Origin: Magnetococcales bacterium
GTDB lineage: Bacteria > Pseudomonadota > Magnetococcia > Magnetococcales > UBA8363
Reading direction: 5' to 3'
NCBI GenBank assembly: GCA_002753515.1
Contig: PEAK01000010.1
Coordinates: forward strand, 17,469 to 81,468
DNA length: 64,000 nt
The notes under the pieces are model-generated. The model was not told the DNA's origin. It did no database searches and saw only the letters and a list, made by a program, of their open reading frames with translations. The position numbers were made by a program, and so were the translations under genes. The first letter of the stretch is position 1. The number at the start of each line of letters is the position of its first letter. This document shows, in pieces, positions 8,946 through 18,344 of the stretch.

Positions 8946-11900
8946 ATGTCCGAGGAAGATGATGAGCTGTTAGGGATGTTTGTTCAAGAGGCTTCCGAGC
9001 ATCTTGAAACCATTGAGCCCGATCTCCTGACCCTGGAGGAAAACGGTGATGACACGGAACCGGAGATAATCAACCGTTTGTTTCGTGGTGTCCACTCCAT
9101 CAAGGGGTCGGCAGGTTTCTTCGGGCTGACGAACATCACCAAGCTGAGCCACAGCATGGAGAACCTTCTCGGCAAGGTCCGGGAACGCAGCATGTCGGCA
9201 AGCCCTGCGGTTACGGATAGCCTGCTGTCGGGATTGGATAAACTCAAAGCGATGATCTCCGATGTTTCCGCCAGTGCTTCGGTGGATGCCAGCGAGGAGA
9301 TTCGCGTTATTCAGTCGATTTTGGATGGGGATGCGGGTGGTGGTGCTGCCAAAAGCGCGGCTCCCGTGGAGAAACCAGCGGAAAAACCTGCAGAGCCGGT
9401 GAAAGCCCCGTCTGATCCCGGGGAAGCGGATACCCCCCCGGCCGAGGAGAACGCTTCCGCTCCCGAGGAGGAGGCTCCCCCACCCCCCAAGGCACCATCG
9501 CCACCGAAGGTTGCGCCGCCTCCCCAGGCCGCTGTCCCCGGAATGAGTTCGGATGCGCCGGTCGGGGCGGGCTTTGATTTGGCGAAATATCCCGATGTCG
9601 TTGCCGACTCGGTGATTCACGGGCGGCGCTTTTTCCTGTTCCACCTGGATATGGGTGGGGCCGGACCGGAAAAACGGGTTCGTTTCGTCCAGACCAAGGC
9701 GCTGCTCTCTTCCGTGGGCAAGGTGGTGGATACGGATCCGCCCATCTCGGGTGAGCAGGATCTGGAGGGGTACACCGGCTCGGTGCTGGATCTGCTGATC
9801 GCGACGGTCCTGGAGCAAGATTTGTTGATTTCCCTGCTCCAGGCCGATGCCAGTCGGGTGAAGCCCATTGCCATTCCCCAGGATTTGGCGCGTCAGGTGG
9901 CACCGCCCAAGGGGACGGCTCCCGCATCAGCACCGGTGGCGGCTCGGAACGGTGACGTCGATGTCCAGTCCAGTTCCCTGGAGGAGGCCAATGCGGTCGA
10001 GATGGGTTTCAAACCGCGCCTGCGGCGGCCTGAACCCGGTACCTTGACGACCATGACAGGAAAAGGTCGGGATGGTCGGGATACCGGGGGGACTGCGGCT
10101 TCAAAAGGGGGGGGTGGCCCACCGGCTGTGGAAGAGACGTTGCGCGTCAGTGTCTCCCTGTTGGACGAGTTGATCAATATGGCCGGGGAACTGGTGTTGG
10201 CACGTAACCAGTTGACGCGTGCCGCCGTGGAGGTGCAGACCCAGTTCCCCCACTTCGGACCGCTGATTCAAAATTTGGACTCCATCACCAGCCGGATTCA
10301 GGAAAAGGTGATGCAGGCCCGCATGCAGCCGGTCAGTGTGGTGTTCAACAAGTTTCCCCGTATCGTGCGTGATCTGGCGCGCAAGCTTGAAAAAAAGATC
10401 GACCTGGAGATTCGTGGTGGTGAGGTTGATCTGGATAAATCGGTCATTGAACACTTGTCCGATCCTTTGACACACATGATCCGTAACGTGGCGGATCACG
10501 CCATTGAGCTACCCCAGGACCGGGTGAAAATCGGTAAGCCCGAAGCGGGCCGGGTGGAGCTGGCGGCTTATCATGAGAATGGGTTGGTCAATATCTCCCT
10601 GGCGGATGATGGTGCCGGCATCGATGCCGAACGGGTGAAGCAAAAGGCGTTGGAACGGGGGCAGATCACCGAGCGGCAGGCGGATGCCATGAGCGAGGAG
10701 GATGCCCTCAACCTGATCTTCGCCCCGGGTCTCTCCATGGCCAAAAAAGTGTCCGATGTCTCGGGACGCGGCGTGGGCATGGATGTGGTCAAGACCAATA
10801 TTGAAAAATTGGGTGGGACGGTTACCATCCAGTCGAAGGTGGGCAAGGGGACCACGATCATTCTCAAGTTGCCGCTGACCCTGGCGATCATTCCGGCCAT
10901 GATCGTGTCGTCGGGCAACCAACGGTTTGCCATTCCGGAGATTGGACTGGTGGAGATCGTCCGCATCGCGGAATCGGATCGTGCCAACCAGATCGAGACG
11001 GTGGGCAATGCCCCGGTACTCAGGCTGAGAAACATGTTGCTGCCGTTGGTCGATTTGGCGGAGGTGCTGGGGGTATCGCGGGTATGGCCGCCGGGTGGCG
11101 ACAATTTTGACCGGCGGGAACGGTTGTCGGATCGGCGTGCCCAGGCACGGAAGGCCCGTGATGCCGCCCGTCTCGGGGGATCGACCGGTTTGGCCGCATC
11201 CAAGGGGGCCACCGTGGGGGACGATCGGCGTGAGGAAGCCGCAGATCGTCGTGATCCCAACAATCTGGTGGCCTATGTGATGGTCCTCAATGTCGGTGGC
11301 AACGAGTTCGGCATGGTGGTGGACGAGGTGCTGGACAGCGAAGAAATCGTCGTCAAGCCGCTCCCTTCGTACTTCAAAGACAATCTGTGTTTTTCCGCCA
11401 CCACCATTTTGGGTGATGGCAGCGTTTCGCTGATCATCGACTATGCCGGGTTGATGGAACAGGCCAAGATTAATTTCTCCAACGTCGAACGGGCCACCCG
11501 CATGGATCTGGATGAGGAGCGGCGTGCGGCGTTGCGCGAACGGCAGAATATCATTCTGCTGGAGACCGGGACCGGTTTGATCATGGGGATTGTCCACAGC
11601 ATGGTACGACGGGTGGAAAAAATCTCGCCCAAATTGCTGGATACCATTGGTGGCTTGCCATACGTCCGCTACGATGGTCGAACATTCCGTGCGGTTTATC
11701 CCGATCAGGTCATGGGATTGGAGGGGATGGGCTATAGCGGTGGTGATCCGGAGGAGGAGGGGGATGCTGATTTGTGCATGGTGGTTCCCAATATTCCCAA
11801 TATTCAGGCGGGTCTGATTTTTTCCCGTATCATCGATACCCGGGAGACCCACATCGATCTGGATTGTCGGGCCATCCGGGCGGAAGGGTTGTTCGGCTCG

Positions 11901-12365
11901 GCGCAGATTGATGATCGGGTGGTCCTGTTCCCCGATGTCAATACCGTCCTCGTGCTGGCTGGGATCGAAATGCCGCATACCCAGTCGCAAGTGGATCGAT
12001 CCGGTCTGAAAGCACTGGTCGTGGATGACACCCCGTTCTTGCGTGCCTTGACCAGTAATTATCTGCAATCCGTTGGGTTTGATGTGGATCAGGCGGAGGA
12101 TGGCCAGGCCGCTCTGGCAAAACTCAAGATGGGGGAATTCGACCTGTTGGTGACCGATCTGAACATGCCGGGGATGGACGGGTTTGAACTGGCGCATGAA
12201 GTGCCCTCGACCATTCATGCGGATATCCCCATGATTGCGACCACATCGTCGATCTCTTCGGATGTGGAACAAAGATGTTTCAAGGCGGGTTTCGTCAGTT
12301 GTGTCCCGGCCATAGACAAGAACCGATTGTTGAAGGTGGTGTCCTTGATGCAGGCCCGGGACTGA
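8946..12365 (+). CDS. cheA: Chemotaxis histidine kinase CheA, hybrid form with two CheW-like regions and a C-terminal receiver (1139 aa)
   Basis: Domains seen: Hpt (FRGVHSIKGSAGFFGL); dimerisation plus HATPase (HMIRNVADHAIE, DDGAGID, GRGVGMDVV); CheW-like segments; and REC (LVVDDTPFLR...LLVTDLNMPGMDG). A good RBS (ggagtgaagg) precedes the ATG. Confidence 0.9.
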   Translation: MSEEDDELLGMFVQEASEHLETIEPDLLTLEENGDDTEPEIINRLFRGVHSIKGSAGFFGLTNITKLSHSMENLLGKVRERSMSASPAVTDSLLSGLDKLKAMISDVSASASVDASEEIRVIQSILDGDAGGGAAKSAAPVEKPAEKPAEPVKAPSDPGEADTPPAEENASAPEEEAPPPPKAPSPPKVAPPPQAAVPGMSSDAPVGAGFDLAKYPDVVADSVIHGRRFFLFHLDMGGAGPEKRVRFVQTKALLSSVGKVVDTDPPISGEQDLEGYTGSVLDLLIATVLEQDLLISLLQADASRVKPIAIPQDLARQVAPPKGTAPASAPVAARNGDVDVQSSSLEEANAVEMGFKPRLRRPEPGTLTTMTGKGRDGRDTGGTAASKGGGGPPAVEETLRVSVSLLDELINMAGELVLARNQLTRAAVEVQTQFPHFGPLIQNLDSITSRIQEKVMQARMQPVSVVFNKFPRIVRDLARKLEKKIDLEIRGGEVDLDKSVIEHLSDPLTHMIRNVADHAIELPQDRVKIGKPEAGRVELAAYHENGLVNISLADDGAGIDAERVKQKALERGQITERQADAMSEEDALNLIFAPGLSMAKKVSDVSGRGVGMDVVKTNIEKLGGTVTIQSKVGKGTTIILKLPLTLAIIPAMIVSSGNQRFAIPEIGLVEIVRIAESDRANQIETVGNAPVLRLRNMLLPLVDLAEVLGVSRVWPPGGDNFDRRERLSDRRAQARKARDAARLGGSTGLAASKGATVGDDRREEAADRRDPNNLVAYVMVLNVGGNEFGMVVDEVLDSEEIVVKPLPSYFKDNLCFSATTILGDGSVSLIIDYAGLMEQAKINFSNVERATRMDLDEERRAALRERQNIILLETGTGLIMGIVHSMVRRVEKISPKLLDTIGGLPYVRYDGRTFRAVYPDQVMGLEGMGYSGGDPEEEGDADLCMVVPNIPNIQAGLIFSRIIDTRETHIDLDCRAIRAEGLFGSAQIDDRVVLFPDVNTVLVLAGIEMPHTQSQVDRSGLKALVVDDTPFLRALTSNYLQSVGFDVDQAEDGQAALAKLKMGEFDLLVTDLNMPGMDGFELAHEVPSTIHADIPMIATTSSISSDVEQRCFKAGFVSCVPAIDKNRLLKVVSLMQARD

Positions 12366-12428
12366 CGCTTGGTCCCCAGCCCTTGAATAACCAGAAAATT
12401 TTATGTCCCATGAGAAAGAGAAACGGTT

Positions 12429-12923
12429 ATGCTCGTAAGTACTTTTACCTTGGGGGATCTTTACCTGGGCATTGATATTGTGCTGGTTCGGGAGATCAAC
12501 CGGTCGATGGAGTGTACACCCGTCCCCGGGTCTCAGGATTACATTCGGGGAATGCTCAATATACGTGGTCGGGTGATCACCCTGTTCGACTTGAAAAAGC
12601 GTCTGGGGTGGTCTGGTGACGATGTGGCGGAGGGTGGAGCCGTCAAACAATACAATGTTATCATGAAAACCCATAGCGAGGTACTCAAGATCAACCCGGG
12701 ACTTGCCGAGAGCAAGTGTCCCTGGGAGGATCCCGTGGGACTGGCTGTGGATCAACTCGGTGATGTCCGGGAAATCGTTGATGATAATATTTTACCCCCT
12801 CCGGCCAATATGCGGGGTATCTCTGCCGATTTTGTGCATGGTGTGGTCGAATTTGAAAGAAATCTACTGATTATTCTGGATGTGGCTGCGGTCCTTGGCT
12901 TTGATGAGCGGCAATCGGGTTGA
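12429..12923 (+). CDS. cheW: Chemotaxis coupling protein CheW
   Basis: 164 aa with a CheW-like fold signature (FTLGDLYLGIDIVLVREINR...IRGMLNIRGRVITLFDLKKRLG). It is immediately downstream of cheA. Confidence 0.9.
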   Translation: MLVSTFTLGDLYLGIDIVLVREINRSMECTPVPGSQDYIRGMLNIRGRVITLFDLKKRLGWSGDDVAEGGAVKQYNVIMKTHSEVLKINPGLAESKCPWEDPVGLAVDQLGDVREIVDDNILPPPANMRGISADFVHGVVEFERNLLIILDVAAVLGFDERQSG

Positions 12924-12958
12924 TCCCTTTTTTTTCCTTAACGAACGCCGGTTAAACC

Positions 12959-13963
12959 ATGGACGATGATACCAAGAGTGTTGCAGGGGAAATAGCGCAA
13001 GAATACCGACGACAGCTTGACAGTGTCCGCTCGGAGATGGGGCAGGTCAAAAATTTGGTACAGGATGCCATTGGCAAGTTGACGGACAGTTTTAACGGTC
13101 TCAGGGACAGTTCGGATCGCCAGTTGAGTTTGGTGACCTCCCTGACGGTCTCCATGGATACCTCTTCGGGTGGGGGTGCCGGAGAGGGGGACTCACGTGT
13201 CAATATTCGCGGTTTCGTCAGTGAGACCGACAAGATATTGAGAACTTTCGTTGATCATATTATCCTGGTGAGTCGGCAAAGTATGGAAATGGTGCACAGG
13301 ATTGACGAATTATCGACGCAGATGAACGAGATTGTTGAACTATTGCATGATATCAATGGCATTGCGGAGCAGACCAACGTGTTGTCGCTGAATGCCCGTA
13401 TCGTGGCGGCGCGTGCCGGCACGGCGGGAGAGGCCTTTTCGGTTGTTGCTTCGGAGGTGCGCAAGTTGGCCCGCAATTCTCATGAATTCAGTGACCGTAT
13501 CAGCGGGGTGGTGCGCAAATCCAAAAAAGAAATCGAGTCGGCCAAAGGAATTATTGAAGTGATGGCATCCAAGGATATGAGCTTTGCCATTGAATCCAAG
13601 GGTCGGGTCGATGAAATGATGGCGGAAGTCAGTGAAATTGATCGGTTCACCGAGGAAACCATTCATAAAGTGACCGGATTGGCCGATCAGATCAGTGCCC
13701 AGGTGGGTGTTGCCATCATGTCCATGCAGTTTGAGGATATGGTGACGCAGTTGTCGCATAGTATGGAGAAAAAAATAGCCATTTTGGAAAACTTCACCCA
13801 GGCCATGGAGGCGGAAATCCTGTTCACCGATGGGGTGGATCCAGAGGTGCGGCGCTTTCATTTGGAGAATGTGCTGTCGGGGCAAAGAGATGGCTTTAAT
13901 GCGGTTGATCGTGGTGCGGTACAGCAAAGTTCCATGGATGAAGGTGAAGTGGAGCTTTTCTAG
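12959..13963 (+). CDS. Soluble (no TM segment) methyl-accepting chemotaxis protein signalling-domain protein
   Basis: 334 aa with the MCP hairpin-tip motif IAEQTNVLSLNARIVAARAGTAGEAFSVVASEVRKLARNS. No hydrophobic segment is visible. Confidence 0.85.
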   Translation: MDDDTKSVAGEIAQEYRRQLDSVRSEMGQVKNLVQDAIGKLTDSFNGLRDSSDRQLSLVTSLTVSMDTSSGGGAGEGDSRVNIRGFVSETDKILRTFVDHIILVSRQSMEMVHRIDELSTQMNEIVELLHDINGIAEQTNVLSLNARIVAARAGTAGEAFSVVASEVRKLARNSHEFSDRISGVVRKSKKEIESAKGIIEVMASKDMSFAIESKGRVDEMMAEVSEIDRFTEETIHKVTGLADQISAQVGVAIMSMQFEDMVTQLSHSMEKKIAILENFTQAMEAEILFTDGVDPEVRRFHLENVLSGQRDGFNAVDRGAVQQSSMDEGEVELF

Positions 13964-14103
13964 TTTGTACTTCAGGATTATAAAGGGAGTACTGCGGTAT
14001 CGCACAGTGTCATGGGGACTCGGGCGGGCAGGGTATTGGTCCGGGATGTGAGGGTGACCGGGGTTGGAACCAGGGAAAACCAATTACCAACGGGAGCTGG
14101 ATT

Positions 14104-14418
14104 ATGTCAGGAAACATTTCCGTCGAGCGGACGGAGCAAGAGACGACGATTAACATCAAGGGGCGTTTCAATTTTGAAATGCATTCCCAGTTTCGTACCG
14201 CCTATCAGGAAGATACCAGTAAGGGAAAAAAGGGGCGGAAATTTGTGATCGACTTGTCGGGGACGGAATACATTGATTCCTCGGCCTTGGGAATGTTGTT
14301 GTTATTGCGGGAAGAGGCGGGTACCAACGAGTCGGACATTGAAATCGTCAATGCCAAGCCGGAAATAAAAAAGATTCTTGAAACGGCTAATTTTCAACGT
14401 CTATTCAAGATTTCATGA
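14104..14418 (+). CDS. STAS-domain anti-sigma-factor antagonist (SpoIIAA/HsbA-like)
   Basis: 104 aa with the STAS motif VIDLSGTEYIDSSALGMLLLL, which carries the usual phosphorylatable Ser position. The RBS gggag precedes the ATG. Confidence 0.85.
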   Translation: MSGNISVERTEQETTINIKGRFNFEMHSQFRTAYQEDTSKGKKGRKFVIDLSGTEYIDSSALGMLLLLREEAGTNESDIEIVNAKPEIKKILETANFQRLFKIS

Positions 14419-14449
14419 TGACTTCCAAGGATCGTTCCTGGCTTATGGC

Positions 14450-16162
14450 ATGAAAATTCTAATTGTTGATGATGATCGTATCAACAGCACCATTTTGAAC
14501 CGCCTTTTGGCTCGGGATGGTCACTCCGTGGTCATCGCCTCCGATGGTGTTGCGGGGGTGGAGGTGTTCCACAGGGAGCAGCCCGACTTGGTGTTGATGG
14601 ATATCCGCATGCCGCGCATGAACGGTTATGAGGCGGCGCGGGAGATCAAACGATTGGCTGCCAATCGTTTCGTACCCATCATCTTTTTAACAGCGGTAAC
14701 GGATGAGGATTCCCTGGTTCAGTGTATTGATGCCGGGGGTGATGACTTTTTGACCAAGCCCTTCAATCGAACGATCCTGCAGGCCAAGATCGACGCGATG
14801 GAGCGGATTCGTCGACTCCATGGCGAACTCAGACGGCAGAAAGAGACGGTGGAACGCCATCAGGGGCAACTGCAGCAGGAAATGGAAATTGGGCAGCATC
14901 TCTTTGCCAAGATTGTATCGGCGGGTAATTTGCTGGATGCCCCCTGTTTGAAGCGATGGACATCACCGATGTCGGTGTTCAATGGTGATTTGCTGGTGGC
15001 CGCCTATAATCCCGCAGGGGGGCTGCATATCATGTTGGGTGATTTCACCGGACATGGTCTATCGGCTGCGGTGGGGGCCATGCCGTTGGCCGAAATTTTC
15101 TATGAAATGACGGCGCAGGGCTTTTCCTTGAGCGAGTTGGTGGAGGCGATGAACGCCAAGCTGATCGCCGTGATGCCGACTCGCATGTTTTGCGCCGCCT
15201 GTTTGATTGAGGTCGATTATCGCCAACAATCGCTTTTGGTTTGGAATGGGGGGTTGCCCGATGTCCTGGTGACCGACAAGACGGGTCGTGTGGTGCGACG
15301 CTTGGCCTCCAATCGCTTGCCGTTGGGTGTTGTGGCGTTGACTCGCGAAGATCGCAAGATGGAAATCCTGGAGATGAAGTCGGAACACCGGGTATTTTTG
15401 TACTCGGATGGATTGATTGAAGCCCCTGATTCAGAGGGGGTGATGTTTGGCATGGACAGGTTGATGTCCCACTTCGGTGGTGATGTGCAGCCTGATAAAA
15501 TATTTGATGTCATTCTTCATTCTTTGAAGGCATTTCGAGGTGATACCGAGCAGTGTGACGATATCAGCTTGTTGGAGATCGATTGTTCCCGTGCTGGTGA
15601 AGAGCCTCCGGGAGGGATGCCACGGCGTTCGGAAAAAAGTTTGCCACCGGCTCCCTGGGAGATGTCGTTTGCGTTCCATGCCGGGACCCTGAAAAATGTG
15701 GATCCCCTGCCCACGGTGATCAATGCGGTGATGTCAATTCAGGCCCCGACCGGTCATCGGGAAAGGCTGTACACCATCCTGGCGGAATTGCTTTCCAACG
15801 CCCTGGATCATGGTTTGCTGGGGTTGGATACCGAGATGAAAAAGACCCCCTCCGGATTCATCGAATATTATAACCAGCGCGAGGCGCGGTTGAACGCCAT
15901 GGAATCGGGGTTTATCAAACTGACCCTTGTCCACGAACCGGTGGTGAATGAGGCCGATGGCCGGCGGATCGGTGGGGCGATACGTATCCGTTTACAGGAT
16001 AGTGGCCCGGGTTTCGATTATACCCGGGTACAATCCTATTTGGAGGGGAATGCGGGACATGGGGGGCGGGGTATCGCATTGATACGTTCGTTGTGCAGTG
16101 AGTTGGTTTATCATGGCGCGGGCAATCAGGCTGAGGTGGTCTATCAATGGACGTATCAATAG
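14450..16162 (+). CDS. Response regulator fused to a PP2C (SpoIIE) phosphatase and an RsbW-like HATPase kinase domain (HsbR-like architecture)
   Basis: Domains seen: REC (MKILIVDDD...LVLMDIRMPRMNG); PP2C (GDLLVAAYNPAGGLHIMLGDFTGHGLSAAVGAM, FLYSDGLIEA); and HATPase (LAELLSNALDHG, LQDSGPGFD, GGRGIALIRSL). I chose the ATG at 14450; the ORF track starts at 14378. Confidence 0.85.
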   Translation: MKILIVDDDRINSTILNRLLARDGHSVVIASDGVAGVEVFHREQPDLVLMDIRMPRMNGYEAAREIKRLAANRFVPIIFLTAVTDEDSLVQCIDAGGDDFLTKPFNRTILQAKIDAMERIRRLHGELRRQKETVERHQGQLQQEMEIGQHLFAKIVSAGNLLDAPCLKRWTSPMSVFNGDLLVAAYNPAGGLHIMLGDFTGHGLSAAVGAMPLAEIFYEMTAQGFSLSELVEAMNAKLIAVMPTRMFCAACLIEVDYRQQSLLVWNGGLPDVLVTDKTGRVVRRLASNRLPLGVVALTREDRKMEILEMKSEHRVFLYSDGLIEAPDSEGVMFGMDRLMSHFGGDVQPDKIFDVILHSLKAFRGDTEQCDDISLLEIDCSRAGEEPPGGMPRRSEKSLPPAPWEMSFAFHAGTLKNVDPLPTVINAVMSIQAPTGHRERLYTILAELLSNALDHGLLGLDTEMKKTPSGFIEYYNQREARLNAMESGFIKLTLVHEPVVNEADGRRIGGAIRIRLQDSGPGFDYTRVQSYLEGNAGHGGRGIALIRSLCSELVYHGAGNQAEVVYQWTYQ

Positions 16163-16213
16163 CCATGGGTTGTCGCACGTAAATTATTTTGCTGGCAAGG
16201 AAACGCAGTGGTG

Positions 16214-17452
16214 ATGCCCCTTAAGGTGATGGTCGTTGATGATACCATCACTTACAGAATGATCATGAAGAAAGTTGCTGAGAGCATCCCTGGGATTCAG
16301 GTCATGGCGACGCTCTCCAATGGCAAGTTAGCTTTGGATAAGATCACCAGTCTGTTTGCCGCCAAAGATCCAACGTGCCCGGATGTGGTTCTTTTGGATG
16401 TGGAAATGCCGGTTATGGATGGGTTGACCAGCCTGAGGGAAATCGCCAAGCGTTTCCCGGGTCTCACAGTGATCATGGTCAGTGGTTTGTCGCGTTCCAA
16501 TGCCAACATTATCATGGAGTGCCTCAACGCCGGCGCACTGGATTTCATTACCAAGCCCATGGAGAGCAATGTCGATCGCGCCAAGGATGCGTTGCGCAAG
16601 GATTTGGAACCGATCCTGTCCGTCATTATCAAGGAACGCGGCGATGGGGGGGGTGGTTCCGGTGCTGCGATTTCCGAAGGGGAACGGGCCGAAAAACCCG
16701 CCCTTACCGTTGCAGAAAGTGGGACGGGTTCTGCGGCAACACCTCCCCGTGTGCAGGGGACCAAACCCGTGATGCCGGCACCGGCCAGGGTACCTCCACC
16801 AACACTTGCAAAGCCTCCGGCGGTACGGATCAAGCCCAGCGGGCATGGGCAGCAGGTCAAAGGGGCGGCGCAAGATGCCCCGGGATTGATCCTGGTGGGT
16901 TCCTCCACGGGAGGGCCGGCGGCACTGACCAGGCTTTTGGCCAGGATTGGCGGTAAATTGCCGGTTCCCATGTTGATAGTGCAACATATGCCGCCGGTAT
17001 TTACCGCTTCATTGGCGGCACAGTTGTCGCGAACCTCGGGGTTGGATGTTCGCGAGGCCAAGGACGATCAGGCGTTGGAACCGGGGGATGTGATTGTGGC
17101 TCAGGGTGGTCGACATATGACGCTGGTCGAAGAAAATCGCAAGCTGAAAATAATGCTGAATGATGGTCCCAAGGTGAATGAATGCCGTCCCGCCGTGGAT
17201 GTGTTGTTTATGTCGGCAGTGGCTTGTTTCCCGGGGCGTATTTTGGCGGTTGTCCTCACCGGCATGGGACGCGATGGCGCCAACGGCGTCGATGCCTTGA
17301 AACGGATGGGGCGGACGTTTTGTATCACCCAGGACCAAAAGACGTGTGTCGTCTATGGGATGCCCAGGTCGGTGGATGAAAAAGGATTGTCGGATCTGTC
17401 TCTCCCCCTGGATGAGATCGGTCCGAAGATTGCCGAAATGTGTGGATGCTAG
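16214..17452 (+). CDS. cheB: Chemotaxis methylesterase CheB with an unusually long Pro/Ala-rich linker
   Basis: It has a REC domain (KVMVVDDTITYR...VLLDVEMPVMDG) and an esterase domain (LILVGSSTGGPAAL, LIVQHMPPVFT, GMGRDG). The ATG at 16214 has an aaggaaa RBS. Confidence 0.9.
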   Translation: MPLKVMVVDDTITYRMIMKKVAESIPGIQVMATLSNGKLALDKITSLFAAKDPTCPDVVLLDVEMPVMDGLTSLREIAKRFPGLTVIMVSGLSRSNANIIMECLNAGALDFITKPMESNVDRAKDALRKDLEPILSVIIKERGDGGGGSGAAISEGERAEKPALTVAESGTGSAATPPRVQGTKPVMPAPARVPPPTLAKPPAVRIKPSGHGQQVKGAAQDAPGLILVGSSTGGPAALTRLLARIGGKLPVPMLIVQHMPPVFTASLAAQLSRTSGLDVREAKDDQALEPGDVIVAQGGRHMTLVEENRKLKIMLNDGPKVNECRPAVDVLFMSAVACFPGRILAVVLTGMGRDGANGVDALKRMGRTFCITQDQKTCVVYGMPRSVDEKGLSDLSLPLDEIGPKIAEMCGC

Positions 17453-17465
17453 GGGGGAAACGACC

Positions 17466-18302
17466 ATGGCAATCTCCAAAGAAGAATTTCAACTCATCCG
17501 CCAGTTCCTGCATGACCACAGCGGTATTCTGGTCAATGAGGGCAAGGAATACCTGGTCGAAAACCGGTTGACCGTGCTTTTGGTGCAGAATGGTTGTGAA
17601 AATTTCACCGATCTGTACGAAAAGCTGAAAAAGGATACGGGTCCGTTACGCAACAAGGTCATCGATGCCATGACGACCAACGAAACCCTATGGTTTCGCG
17701 ATGCATCGTTTGCCACGGCCGTGACCGAAACGGTGATCCCGCATTTACTTGGCAAAGCGATGACGCAAGCGCAGGTTCGCATCTGGTCGGCGGCGTGTTC
17801 CACGGGTCAGGAACCGTATTCCATCGCCATGTTGTTGCATGAATCCATGGAGAAGATCGGCCCGAAAGCACCCTCGTTGAGCAAATTTCGCATTTTGGCC
17901 ACCGATATTTCACCGTCCGCAGTCACTATCGCCAAAACGGCTCGTTACAGCCAGTTGGCCATTTCGCGGGGGATGAAACCAGAGTTTCTCGAAAAATATT
18001 TCAGCAAAAATGGCATGGTCTATGAAGTGAAACCGGAAATTCGCGGGCTCGTGGAATTCAAACAGTTCAACCTCAAGGATGATTTTACCCCGCATGGCGT
18101 GTTTGATTTCGTCATGTGTCGGAATGTTTTGATTTATTTTTCGGAAGATCTTAAAAAAGCCATTTATCAGAAGATTCATCGTGGGTTGGCCAAGGATGGG
18201 TGGATGGCGATAGGGGCATCGGAATCGCCCAGAGGATATACGGATGCTTTTGAGCAGGTACTCATCAAGGGTGCAGCCTTGTTCCGTCCGAAGCGTGTTT
18301 GA
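17466..18302 (+). CDS. cheR: Chemotaxis methyltransferase CheR
   Basis: The N-terminal CheR helical domain (EEFQLIRQFLHDHSGI) is followed by a SAM-methyltransferase domain (RIWSAACSTGQEPYSIAMLL, FVMCRNVLIYF). I chose the ATG at 17466. Confidence 0.9.
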   Translation: MAISKEEFQLIRQFLHDHSGILVNEGKEYLVENRLTVLLVQNGCENFTDLYEKLKKDTGPLRNKVIDAMTTNETLWFRDASFATAVTETVIPHLLGKAMTQAQVRIWSAACSTGQEPYSIAMLLHESMEKIGPKAPSLSKFRILATDISPSAVTIAKTARYSQLAISRGMKPEFLEKYFSKNGMVYEVKPEIRGLVEFKQFNLKDDFTPHGVFDFVMCRNVLIYFSEDLKKAIYQKIHRGLAKDGWMAIGASESPRGYTDAFEQVLIKGAALFRPKRV

Positions 18303-18344
18303 AACTGGCGTCAAGCAACGTACTCTTTTGTTGGGGATGATAGG

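Noticed and set aside
10509-12755. 748-aa ORF on the minus strand opposite cheA and cheW
   Set aside because: This is a shadow ORF of a GC-rich coding region. Its translation is His/Arg/Gly/Pro-rich with no recognisable motif. The plus-strand frame carries every CheA and CheW signature.
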